A stretch of DNA of 64,000 bases from Eledone cirrhosa (taxonomy: Eukaryota). The position numbers and the translations under genes were made by a program. A model generated the notes under the pieces. That model saw only the letters and a program-made list of their open reading frames with translations, was not told the origin of the DNA and made no database searches. The stretch covers positions 46,128,001 through 46,192,000 of the forward strand of contig OZ024752.1 in assembly GCA_964016885.1 (NCBI GenBank), given 5' to 3'. This document shows positions 28,537 through 40,839 of the stretch, piece after piece (the first letter of the stretch is position 1; each line of letters starts with the position of its first letter).

Positions 28537-28710
28537 ATAGGAACAAGTAAGACCCCGACGGCTGAGCTCAAGCCGTTTCGAATTAGCCGTCGAAACGGCT
28601 TGAGCTCAGCCGTCGGGGTCTTACTTGTTCCTATTACCCACTCTACTACCCTAAGTATTGAGTACTTTGGTGCGTTATGGTCCACCTGGTTCCTTACCAC
28701 ATTTCCTTCG

Positions 28711-28713
<3 letters not shown>
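28537..28713 (+). mobile_element. Fold-back Penelope-like relic (family B) in (TA)n
   Basis: Perfect 45-bp inverted arms at 28537-28581 and 28590-28634. Contains the HHR 3' half GAAAC-GG...CC-GTC; tail shared with the 39.25 and 46.6 kb copies. Confidence 0.7.
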
Positions 28714-28783
<70 letters not shown>

Positions 28784-30351
28784 TGATAGAGATAAATATA
28801 TATATATATATATTTATTTCTATATGTATTTAAGCTCCTAGGTACGCTAACTATACCTGTTGACATGGATATATACATTTGACTAGGATGTTAAAAAGTA
28901 CTCATTGGCATAGAGTGATCTAAATATTTTGGGTAGTTTTACCAATAACAGACGCTGTGCAGGACAAATAGATTTGATTGGTCGATGGGAGAGGTTTATG
29001 AAATTATCTACATACCCTGCCCACCCTTTTTATTCTTTTTTTCTTTTCTTCCTGAGAGATGATAGTTATGCTTCTGCTTCGGTGTTCTTTAGAGTTTGTG
29101 TAATAATATAAAATATTATTTTTATATAGTTATAAGTTGTACTAAGTGACCAGAACTCTTCTAGGTTCATGCAGAGTAACAGATGTTGCAGTAGCTGCAC
29201 TAACATGCACTAGCATGCACCCGAATCTGAAGTAAGCAATTCACCGGAAGTGAAAACCAAGTTGGGTTGTTAATAAGAAAGGAATTAATCCAAGAAGAAA
29301 GGTGCTTCTTTACAAACCAAACTGTTCGGTGTCTTCGGTGTATGTAAGAAACTAGTATTACACACTTACCTACTCCTATAGTGTTTCTTGGAAGTGAAAC
29401 ATTTGCTGTGACTGCAGATGACGTGTGTGTATGTAAGAAATAAGTATTACGCATAGGTACACACACACCGACCCACCCTTTCTCTCCCTACACCCATGCT
29501 AGTACTATTACAATTACCCCCCACACTCTCTTTAACCCCCTCCCACTATCTTTCTCACCCCCACCCCCTCCTCTTTCTCTAACACCCTCTTCACTCTTTA
29601 TAACCCCCCTCCCACTATCTCTCTCTCACACTTTTTCTCTAACCCCCCCACTCTCTCCAACATGCCCCTTTCACTCTCACCCCACCCCCACATGTTAGTG
29701 TCATCAACACATTCAATGAGGCTGCTGTAGTTTGTTTCCCCCCCCTCTTCCTCCTCCTTCTTTGCCCTCTTCTCCTCCTCCTCCTCTTCAGTAAATTACC
29801 TCCATTCAAAGGAGTTGTTTTGACATTATTGTTAATCCATCTTTTGCTTAATTAACGAGATACCGTCTTTAAGTGGCAGCTGTGATTAGATGGTGGTGGT
29901 GGTGGTGTGTGGTGGTGGTGTGTGGTGGTGTATGGCGGTGGTGGTGTGGTGGTGGTGGTGGTGGTGTGGTGGTGGTGTGGTGTTGTCCTGTGTTGTGTGT
30001 TGCACAGTGCAGCAGTATGGAGTGGGTGACAGGTGGTGGTGTGGAGAGGGAGAGAGAGAGAGAGATTGTGAAGTCGAGAGAAAGAGAGGGAAAGAAATGC
30101 ATTAATGTAGTTTGTATATAATTTTTATTTTTATTTTCTTTGTTTCAATAAAATTAATTTGTCAAATGTATTGAAGTTGAAAAGACTGTCGTGTTTATAG
30201 GAACAAGTTTCAAACAGAAAAGAGCAACAGGACTTCGGAGAAGGAGGCTGTAGCCTGGCAACTATTGTCATTTGTTTGACCATTGTGTTGTACCAGTTAC
30301 ACTTTGGTGGGTGTGCAGGTGTGTATGTAAGAGAATGTCATAGCATGGATT

Positions 30352-31103
30352 GGATGAACTGAGGGAGAACCTGAGTATAAGAGGAGTCAAGATGCAGTGT
30401 GTAGGAGAGGAGACTGTGTTGGTATCGACATGTGATGTGTATGGATGAACTGAGAGAGAAACTGGGTATAAGGGGAGTCAAGATGCAGTGTGTAGGAGAG
30501 GAGACTGTTGGTATCGACATGTGATGTGTATGGATGGAGAGAGAAACTAGGTATAAGAGGAGTCAGATGTAGTGTGTAGGAGAGGAGACTGTGTTGGTAT
30601 CGACATGTGATGTGTATAGATGAACTGAGGGAGAACCTGGGTATAAGAAGAGTCAGATGTAGTGTGTAGGAGAGGAGACTGTTGGTATCGACATGTGATG
30701 TGTATGGATGAACTGAGAGAGAACCTGGGTATAAGAGGAGTCAGATGTAGTGTGTAGGAGAGGAGACTGTTGGTATCGACATGTGATGTGTATGGATGAA
30801 CTGAGAGAGAACCTGGGTATAAGAGGAGTCAGATGTAGTGTGTAGGAGAGGAGACTCTGTTGGTATCGACATGTGATGTGTATAGATGAACTGAGAGAGA
30901 ACCTGGGTATAAGAGGAATCAGATGTAGTGTGTAGGAGAGGAGACTGTGTTGGTATAGACATGTGATGTGTATAGATGAACTGAGGGAGAACCTGGGTAT
31001 AAGAGGAATCAGATGTAGTGTGTAGGAGAGGAGACTGTGTATAGATGAACTGAGAGAGAAACTGGGTATAAGAGGAATCAGATGTAGTGTGTAGGAGAGG
31101 AGA
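30352..31103 (+). repeat. 88-90 bp minisatellite derived from RTE LINE coding sequence (~8 copies)
   Basis: Unit translates ELRENLGIRGVRCSV*ERRLCWYRHVMCMD, resembling the RTE RRLxWxGHVxRM motif. Confidence 0.85.
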
Positions 31104-31585
31104 TAGTGGTGGTGGTGATAGAGACAGATATAGAACATGTAGTGGTAATAATGAAGGTGGTGGTGATGGTGGGGATAGCAGTGGTAGTGCAGTGGTTGAT
31201 GGTTGCATTTGTGATGGTTGGGGTAATGACAGATATAGAATGTGGTGATAATAATGAAGGTGGTGGTGGTGGTAATAATGAAGGTGGTGGAGGTGATAGT
31301 GGTAGTAGTAGTAGTAATAGATAGAACATGTGGTTGTAGGAAAGATGGTGGTAGTAGTGGAGGTGAAATGGTTGATGGTGGTGGTGGTGGTGTTTGTGAT
31401 GGTAAGGGTTAAGATGTGTTGATCTGATAATGACTGATAATGGTGTCAAAACCAGAATAGTATTTGTGGGGGATACGCTTGGTTGATATTTACAGCTGGT
31501 GATAAGTGTAGCAGGAGGAGTGTGTCCAGCCATGTAGTACTAAATAGTATAGGACTATATATATTTAGGGTTAGAATATATTTTG

Positions 31586-31637
<52 letters not shown>

Positions 31638-31747
31638 TTAGGGTTAGAATATATTGTCGTGTATATATATATATATATATATATATACATACATACATAT
31701 ATATATACGATATTAACAAATGGAAACTATATTTATAAAACCATATT

Positions 31748-31812
31748 TATTTCATTATACATATTTCAAGGACACCAAGTTAAATTATGGTGAGCTTTCA
31801 TCAGATAAAATA
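31748..31812 (-). ncRNA. Minimal type-I hammerhead ribozyme motif, canonical core
   Basis: Minus strand: tattttat CTGATGA AAG-ct-CACCA...TGGTG-tc-CTT GAAA TATGTA TA atgaaata. 8-bp stem I; same GAAATATGTATA as the 11.4 kb copy. Confidence 0.8.
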
Positions 31813-32662
31813 TAATATAGAGCAGTTTTATAAATAAATATTGACATACCCTTAAAGAATGCAACCATTACTGTTGGAAGCTCCCGGATTTTTACTCCAA
31901 TTATTTGTTGAGTGCTTTATATCAGTTATAAAAATATTTGCTTGTTGTATCCCAACAATTTAAATAGAACTTTTACATATATATATATATTTAGGGTTAG
32001 AATATATTTTGTCGTGTGCGTATATATATATATATGTGTAACTATAAATGAAGTAATTCGGTCGGAAAAGTCCAGGAAAAAAGAGTGCTCTATGTAGGTA
32101 ACAGAGCTTAATAGTTATATATATAACTATATATATATATATATAGTGAAAAATTGAACGGGAACAAAACAGAGAGGCAGTACAAACAAAGGTTTATTAA
32201 TTTCACGCTCTTGAGAGTAATATATTTTGTCATATGTATATGTATAATTGCCTTGAATTATTTTAATAGTGCAGCCCAGCCCAGCCCAGCCCAGTCCACC
32301 TTATAGTGACTTACGTCCTATGTGACCCACCGCTCAGAAAAGGTGACAAACTTTACCCCTGCCCTAGAATGACACTTTTAAGTCCTATCTGCTGGAACCA
32401 TGAAACAACAACATATGCTTTGGGTTCTCATGAAAACTGTTTCATTGGCTTGTTTCAGCTGTTAACATTGGCCATTACATATATGCACATATACACATGC
32501 AGATGTGCATTTAAACTATTCAGATTATGGAAAGAGGGAGGGGGGGGTAGAAATTTTTTTTTTTTTTCAATAAACCAAAAAAAAAAAAAAAAAAAAAAAA
32601 ATGTCGCAAAAAAAAAACAAAAAAACGAAGTCTTATCGTTTCTTCTTCTTCTCCTCCGACAG

Positions 32663-32896
32663 CTCATTCATCTTCGTCGTCTTCTCATTCATCATCACAC
32701 AATCACATCAACACCAAAACTCCTCCCTTGGTTCCTGCTTCCTGCATTCAAGTGCCTGATCTTTTGAATCGCAACAGTTTGGCTTACGGGACCAGCACAA
32801 AGCGAACCGCATCAGACGGGAGTGGAGGTGATGATACCTACCCCTTTCCACCACCACCACCTTCACCCAGCACAATGACATCCCATCAGTCACACG
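32663..32896 (+). CDS. CASKIN: Caskin-like gene, internal exon (Ser/His/Pro-rich linker)
   Basis: Strong pyrimidine tract tcttcttcttctcctccgacag and G|gtaagt donor; 234 nt, phase 1 to 1. Open frame (S)HSSSSSSHSSSHNHINTKTPPLVPASCIQVPDLLNRNSLAYGTSTKRTASDGSGGDDTYPFPPPPPSPSTMTSHQSH, in phase with the SH3 exon. Confidence 0.8.
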
Positions 32897-33482
32897 GTAA
32901 GTTAGTTTTTCCTTTTCAACCCCCTCCTACACACCACCACCCTACCTCCTGTTGTTTTTGTTGTTGTTTTTTTTGTTAATTCTGCATGTTGTTGTTGTTG
33001 TGCTATCACCGTTGGACGACCGATGACCGTATCCAGAAAAAAGGGTCACTCAACGAGAGCAGTCATCCTAGAAACTGACTGAGATTCCTTCCACAGAACA
33101 TTTTCTCTTTTCGTTCTACTTGGTACAGAAGAAAAATTAAGTCAATAGCTAATAATATATACATTATTCTAAATAATACATTTGCGGGGCTCTTCATTTG
33201 CATATAATGTGAGCTTCCCAAGTTGGTATTGTAAGTCTTTCCTGGTCTCCACCACACCTTAAAGAAATGTTGTAATGCCTGAGGTGGGGGTAGGGGTGCC
33301 AAATATTCATGGGTGCTGCTGTTGTTTTTTTTTTCTTTTCTTTTCCACCACCACCACCATTAATGTACTAGCTGAACCCTATTCTTATAGGTCCTGCCAT
33401 CCACCAGCTCCCTAAATCTTCCCAGGCTTACCACTAATCACCAAAACCATTGTTAACTTTGCCTTTCATCCTTACAGGGTTG

Positions 33483-34093
33483 ATAAAATAAAGTACCAGT
33501 AATACACTGGGGTAATTGCTGGCCTTGTGCCAAAAGTAGAAACAGTTAATATATTAGTCAATAAAATAAAGTACCAGTAATACACTGGGGTAATTGCTGG
33601 CCTTGTGCCAAAAGTAGAAACAGTTAATATATTAGTCAATAAAATAAAGTACCAGTAATACACTGGGGTAATTGCTGGCCTTGTGCCAAAAGTAAAAACA
33701 GTTATTATATTAGTCAATAAAATAAAGTACCAGTAATACACTGGGGTAATTGCTGGCCTTGTGCCAAAAGTAGAACCAGTTATTATATTAGTAGATAAAA
33801 TAAAGTACCAGTAATACACTGGGGTAATTGCTGGCCTTGTGCCAAAAGTAGAAACAGTTATTATATTAGTCGATAAAATAAAGTACCAGTAATACACTGG
33901 GGTAATTGCTGGCCTTGTGCCAAAAGTAAAAACAGTTATTATATTAGTCGATAAAATAAAGCACCAGTAATACACTGGGGTAATTGCTGGTCTTGTGCCA
34001 AAAGTAAAAACAGTTATTATATTAGTCGATAAAATAAAGCACCAGTAATACACTGGGGTAATTGCTGGCCTTGTGCCAAAAGTAGAACCAGTT
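33483..34093 (+). repeat. 78-bp tandem array of the Nin-like SINE 3' end (~8 copies)
   Basis: Unit ataaaataaagtaccagtaatacactggggtaattgctggccttgtgccaaaagtagaaacagttattatattagtcg. Confidence 0.92.
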
Positions 34094-34599
34094 ACTGTAG
34101 TTGTTTCTCACACTATCACCCCACCCCCACAGAGAATCAGAATCAATTTTCCTGGTTATATTTTAAATTCAGTTATTTCCCTAAACTCTTTGTTTTACCT
34201 TTCCTCACAAAAACCACTCAACCATAATGTTGCCATGGTTTTCAAACCAGATTCTTCCCCCTCTACAATAACCTCCATACCTAGCCTCTCTCTCTCCCTC
34301 TCAATGTCCCACTGGCCTACTCCCTCTCCATGTCTCTCCCCCTCTCTCTGTCTCCCCCTCTCATTGACTTTCTATATTCACAAGTATTAGTAATATAATA
34401 ATAATGAAATTATTATGTACCATGGTCAGGTTAGCTTCAACCTTTCACCTTCTCTAACAGATATTAAATATCTTCTCTCTCTTCTAATTAACAATTCATA
34501 TATTATATGGTGATTAGTCATTAAAAGAATTCTATTAGATGACATGATACACACTTTGTCATTTGTCCTCCCTTGTGTGGTGTCGCTGTGTATTATTAT

Positions 34600-34632
<33 letters not shown>

Positions 34633-34889
34633 TATTTACTTTGCCTTTCATCCTTACGGGGTCGATAAAATAAAAAGTACCAGTAATGCACTGAGTAATT
34701 GCTGGCCTTGTGCCTAAAGTAGAAACAATTATTATTATTATTGTTGTTGTTGTTGTTGTTGTTATTAAAGATATTCTTTGTCTGACAGCCAAGCTCAGAC
34801 TGTTTCAGTAGCAAATTGTAAATTTACTATCAAAATGGTATAAGTTTAACTGTTAGACATTAGAGTCCGCATTTTGGTGCCACCACTAG

Positions 34890-35345
34890 TAATTCATTGA
34901 ATCACAGACACTATATATATAGAGAGAGAATTTCATTGAATCACAGACACTAAATATATATAGAGAGAGAATTTCATTGAATCACAGACACTATATATAT
35001 ATATATAGAGAGAGAATTTCATTGAATCACAGACACTATATATATATATAGAGAGAAAATTTCATTGAATCACAGACACTATATATATATATAGAGAGAA
35101 AATTTCATTGAATCACAGACACTATATATATATATAGAGAGAGAATTTCATTGAATCACAGACACTATATATATATAGAGAGAGAATTTCATTGAATCAC
35201 AGACACTATATATATAGAGAGAGAATTTCATTGAATCACAGACACTAAATATATATAGAGAGAGAATTTCATTGAATCACAGACACTAAATATATATAGA
35301 GAGAGAATTCTGGCCGGTGTTGGCCAGTTTGAACATTAAAGGGTT
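34890..35345. repeat. ~40-46 bp minisatellite running into a MITE right end
   Basis: About 10 copies of aatttcattgaatcacagacacta(ta)n(ga)n, then gaattctggccgg...aaagggttaa. Confidence 0.9.
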
Positions 35346-35408
35346 AAATACTTAGTTAAAAAAAAACCACAAACATCTTTACTAAATGTCTTGTTTTTGT
35401 TGTTCCAG

Positions 35409-35473
35409 ATAATGTATTCATCGATACAAACCATATCTCTCCACCATCTTGTACAGGAAATGTGCCTTGCCAG
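35409..35473 (+). CDS. CASKIN: Caskin-like gene, internal exon (linker)
   Basis: ttgtttttgttgttccag acceptor and CAG|gtgagc donor; 65 nt, phase 1 to 0. Open frame (D)NVFIDTNHISPPSCTGNVPCQ. Confidence 0.72.
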
Positions 35474-35615
35474 GTGAGCAGTGATTTCTCTTCAGTCAGT
35501 AACTCTTTTGTATTTTGTTGTATTTATTGCAGCTACATCTGTTGTTGTTGTTGTTGTCATTGATGTCTTACTTCTTGGTGGATGTTTCTATGATGTAACA
35601 AGAAACCTGAGCTAG

Positions 35616-35757
35616 ATTGTGTCTGAGGAAGACAGTGAGATAGATTAGATCTAAGATAATGAGACTAGCAATAGCTGGTTATATAAATACTCTTTTATTA
35701 GTCAATATATTGATTTATCAGGATTTAATCAAACCTCGGAAACGATTGTAAAACAAT
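35616..35757 (+). ncRNA. Degenerate hammerhead motif, same family as the 17-18.5 kb copy
   Basis: attgtgt CTGAGGA-AGAC, ~105 nt insert, ctcg GAAAC GATT GTA aaacaat. One stem I mismatch and a G-G mismatch at the stem II base. Confidence 0.6.
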
Positions 35758-36046
35758 GAACTAATTAAGAACCTATGTTTGCCTTTTTTTAATTTTCATT
35801 GTTAAAAACACAGACACACATATATATATTCTTTTATTCTTTTACCTGCTCCAGCCATCTGGCTGAGGCCATGCTGGGGCACTTCGAATATAACTGTTCT
35901 AGTCCTGTAGAAGCCATTTCTCTATTAAATTTGTTTATGAGCAAGACAAGGTCAGCCGACCAGGCACTGCCCACAACAGGACAACCCGTCTAAACCCATG
36001 CTAGCGTGGAAGATAGATGTTAAACGGTGATGATGATATATATATA

Positions 36047-36234
36047 TGTGTGTGTGTGTGTGTTTTGAACAACGAAAATAAAAGAAAAAGCAAAGATAGG
36101 TTCTCAATTAGTTCAATATCTTATGATCGTTTTAGAGGTTTGATTGATTATGATAAATCAATATATTGACTAATAAGACTGTAGTTATGTAACCACCTAT
36201 TGCTACTCTCGTTATCCAAGATCTATCTCACTGT
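36047..36234 (-). mobile_element. Inverted, diverged copy of the 35.63-35.82 kb element
   Basis: Reverse complement aligns to 35632-35820 (acagtgagataga...gtcaatatattgatttatca...gaactaatt.agaacctat). Confidence 0.7.
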
Positions 36235-36447
36235 TTGGTTATTACTGAACCTTGAAACCTAAGATAGTTGTTTACTTGTTCTGTGTATGAACACAATTTG
36301 CCATTACTATAATACCAAATTGGTAAGCCATCCCCAAACCATTACTATAATACCAAATTGGTAAGCCATCCCCAAACCAGATCTATCTTCTATTCTCTGA
36401 TTGTGTTTGCTGTAATTCTGTTATCTTATATAACTAATTATGCAATC

Positions 36448-36523
36448 AACACCTGATGAAATTGTCTAAGTCTTATATCATGTTCAGATGATGCAACTGG
36501 GCCATTGAAATATGTATAATGTT
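36448..36523 (+). ncRNA. Hammerhead motif (GAAATATGTATA family), slightly degenerate
   Basis: aacac CTGATGA AAT...ATT GAAA TATGTA TA atgtt. The first stem I pair is a C-A mismatch. Confidence 0.6.
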
Positions 36524-37000
36524 TTTGTAGAATTAAAATGTTCAAGAAAGCTTCCTGTCTGGCCTTTTGTTGTTTTGTTGCAAATGAAACGTTTGGAATA
36601 CTCAGCCACTCACTCATTAATTTAACAAGAAGGTCGTTATGTTGACTGAATAATTAGAACACTGGTCATCAAAATAGTGTTTCGTTTATTTTACTGGTTC
36701 TTCAATTCTATAAATGACTTGCGAGCTAAGATAATTAACTCTTTCATTGCCATGTCTCTAATTAAAGACACTGTCTATGATTTTCAGATAATTTTTGAAA
36801 ATAATCAAGAATTTGAAAGAATTTACTGAAATAACTGACTTTCTCATTATTAAGTTGGTGTTTGGAATATAACTTAACAAAGAATTATTTTATTTTTAAT
36901 TTTTAATTTTTATTTTTTTATTAAATTATGATGGATTCTCCCAAAGTATAAAATGATAGGGTGGAAGGTTTTTTTCTAGATAAAAATATATACACTTTAA

Positions 37001-37198
37001 CCCTTTAGCATTTACATTACTCTGTAGTTACTATCACAGTAAAGGCTTTATCTCACATGATATCGAATCTATGAGATTTTGATATTATTCATTTTGAGAA
37101 CAATACCTTAATGTCAGTATGAGTGGCCAGTTATGGCTGGTTTGAACAGAAAGAGGTGATAAATCTGGCCAGATATGGCCGGTTTAAATGCTAAAGGG
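37001..37198. mobile_element. piggyBac-type MITE (family 1), complete
   Basis: 14-bp TIR ccctttagcattta / taaatgctaaaggg with TTAA on both sides. Confidence 0.9.
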
Positions 37199-37853
37199 TT
37201 AAAATATGCAGTTTTATAAGATCAAACCAGAAGCAGTTTCAGGGAGATTGGAATCAAAAGAGTTAATTTGATTCAGGGGTGGGTGTGGGGGTATAACTGA
37301 GACTCAGCTACAAAACCTATTACTAGAATTTCAGAATAGCATTAGTCTTTGCATATATAATGCCAGTAGCAATGTTGACAACTGACAATCTCAAGAATAT
37401 AATTTATTAAAAATGTACAATTTTTTTTTATCACTTTTATTCTCTGTAAATTAATTCTGCCATATATAGAACTAAAGTTATCTAAATTTAAAATTGCACA
37501 AGGGACTTTAAAATGAGTCTATCTATTGATTTCAAACTGGTGCACACAACTACACATTTTTGCCAGTCTGCTATATAGTAAGTCTCACTGAGTCGCTATA
37601 GAGGCAGTCTCTATGCAGTTGTTTGACCTGCTAAAAATAGCAGCCAACCTGCCCTCACAGCACAACCACTTGTCACATTAGATAATGTGTAAGGGTTGGA
37701 TGAGAACTTCAACAGGATTCTCATAACAAGTGTATATATTTTGGCGGGGACATGCTGCATATATTATTATTAATAGTGTTACAATATGCAACTCTTAACA
37801 CCATTACAACATAATATTTGTAATGAAATATAAACAATATGGCCAGCCACATG

Positions 37854-37892
<39 letters not shown>

Positions 37893-38785
37893 CACTACAG
37901 CTACTTGTGTCTATGTGCGTGTGTGTGTGTGTGTGTATATATATATGTAGTATATCTGCATTTCTGTATGTCAATTTAACGATCAGTATAGCTATATATG
38001 TATATATATATATAGCTATATATATATATATAGCTGTGTATATATATATATGTATATTTATTTATATATATATATATATGTATATTTATTTATATATATA
38101 TATATGTCTATATATATATTTATATATATCACCACTAAACAACACAGTAATATTTCAAGATTTCATATCTTGTTATACAGCTCTCTTTTTCACTCTCTCT
38201 TTCTTTTCCCCCCCTCCCTCTCTTTATCAACCCCCTCCTTCCCTTCTCTGTTCTCCCTCTCTTTCCTTCTCTCTCTCTCAACTGTCTCTCTTTCCATTGT
38301 CAACACACCCTCCTCTCTCTCTCACTACACCACATCCCTAGCACTCTCTTTATATCTCACACTCTCTCTCTCTCTCACTACACCCCCCCCCCCCCTATCA
38401 CTCTATATCTCACACACTCTCTCTCTCTATCTATCTATCTCTCTCTCAGTACACCACCTCTCTATCACACTCTCTCTCTCTCTTTATCTCTCTATCCCTC
38501 TCACACACTCTCTCTCTCTATCTATCTATCTCTCTCTCAGTACACCACCTCTCTATCACACTCTGTCTCTCTCTTTATCTCTCTATCCCTCTCACACACT
38601 CTCTCTCTCTATCTATCTATCTCTCTCTCAGTACACCACCTCTCTATCACACTCTCTCTCTCTCTTTATCTCTCTATCCCTCTCACACACTCTATCTCTC
38701 TATCTATCTCTCTCTCTCTCAGTACACCACCTCTCTATCACACTCTCTCTCTCTCTTTATCTCTCTATCCCTCTCACACACTCTA

Positions 38786-38824
<39 letters not shown>

Positions 38825-38988
38825 CCCCAACAACTTCTCCTCCCCTCACTGAAGTTGTCCCTGCCCCCCTGACATGAGAGGGAGGGAGTGTCCCACCCTA
38901 CAGATGGCTGCTGTAAATATGTGTGTATAATGGCAGCCCCTTTCACTCTAACCTCTCCCTCAACATAAACCCTTTGCTTACATTCTCC

Positions 38989-39021
<33 letters not shown>

Positions 39022-39167
39022 CTTCTCTCCTTCCCTATCTCTCTCCCCCCTCCCTCTCTATCTCTCTCCCCTCTCCCTTCTCTATCTCATTCATGTAGTT
39101 GTCTTACTCTGTCTATTCGTTCTCTCTCTAACTCAACTCCTCCTCTGTATTTCAGCCCCCCCCCCCC

Positions 39168-39239
<72 letters not shown>

Positions 39240-39250
39240 ATATATATATA

Positions 39251-39373
39251 TAACAAAGGAGTTGTGGTAAGGAACCAGGTGGACCGTAACGTACCAGAGT
39301 ACTCAATACTTAGTCCAGAAATAGCCGTCGAAACGGCTTGAGCTCTGCCGTCGGGGTCATACATTTTCCCCTA
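39251..39373. mobile_element. Family B relic, rearranged (inverted tail plus forward HHR half)
   Basis: 39251-39313 is the reverse complement of the family tail; 39314-39373 is tccagaaatagccgtcgaaacggcttgagctctgccgtcggggtc. (TA)n on both sides. Confidence 0.65.
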
Positions 39374-39897
39374 TATATATAATCTATCTCTCTCTCATAT
39401 ATATATATATTTCTCTCCCCCTCTCCCCCTCATCCTTTATCTTTGACTTTCTTCTCCCTTGTCACTTAACTCTATCTCTCCGCTCTGTTTACTTTTCTCT
39501 CTCAATCTTCCTTCCCCTCTATCTTATCAGCATCTCTATTCATCCCCCCCCCCACCTCCCCCTCTCTCTCTCCTCCTCCCACCTCTTTCTCTCTCTACCT
39601 CCCACCTCTCTCTCTCCCTCTCTCTGTCTTCTCCCACCTCTCTCTCTCTCTCTATCTCTACCTCCCACCTCTCTCTCTCTCTATCTCTACCTCCCACCTA
39701 TCTCTCTCTCTCTATCTCTACCTCCCACCTCTCTCTCTCGCTCTATCTCTACCTCCCACCATCAGCACACACTTAAACACACACAACCAAACACAACACA
39801 TACACTCGCACACACACAACTCTAATACTCTCTAACCAATACCATCGTTTCCACCATGTAACTGGACATCTCCACCACCACCACCACCACCACCACC

Positions 39898-39929
<32 letters not shown>

Positions 39930-40490
39930 CTCTTCTACTTTAACAACCACTCACACTAAGAGAGTGTTACTACTACTACTACTTCTACCACAACTACTAC
40001 TACTACTACTATTGGACTCTATCTACCTACCTGATCACAAACGTAAGTCTTCTTCGCTATTTAACCATTTGGTGAAGGCAAAGGGGGTGTGTGTATATGT
40101 ATGTGTGTATGTATGTGTGTATATGTGTATATATATATGTGTATATCTGTATATATATGTATATATATACGTGTGTGTGTGTGTGTGTATATATATGTGC
40201 ATAACTTGTTTACATAATAATATACTGTATGTGTGTATGTGTGTGTATATATATGTGTGTATGTGTATATATGTGTATGTATATGTGTATGTATGTATGT
40301 ATGTATGTGTGTGTATGTATATATATATGTGTATATCTTGTTTACATAATAATATACTGTATGTGTATGTGTATATGTGTGTGTATGTATATGTATATAT
40401 ATATATATATATATGTATGTGTATGTATATATATATGTGTATATCTTGTTTACATAATATACTGTATGTGTGTATGTGTATATATATGTG

Positions 40491-40543
<53 letters not shown>

Positions 40544-40773
40544 AGAGAGGGTGCCACTCGTTCTGGTCTCTATGTGTTGAGGATGATAAGAAAAGGAGAG
40601 GGGGGGAGACCCCTTATTCTGTATTTTAACCCCCACTATTAGATGTATGGGCTGTCCCCACCTCATCAATCTTTAGTTGACCACCCTGTGCTGATGTTTG
40701 TCTCATGTAATAAACCTTTCAATTTATGAATGTTTAGATCTCTATAAGTAAGTGTTATCTCTGTTTATATACT

Positions 40774-40835
<62 letters not shown>

Positions 40836-40839
40836 AACA

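Noticed and set aside
30201-30318. Alternative frame encoding a hydrophobic stretch (CSLATIVICLTIVLYQLHFGGCA) with a phase-1 donor
   Set aside because: Needs a phase-0 upstream exon or start codon that I could not support, and the donor gtgtgt is weak.
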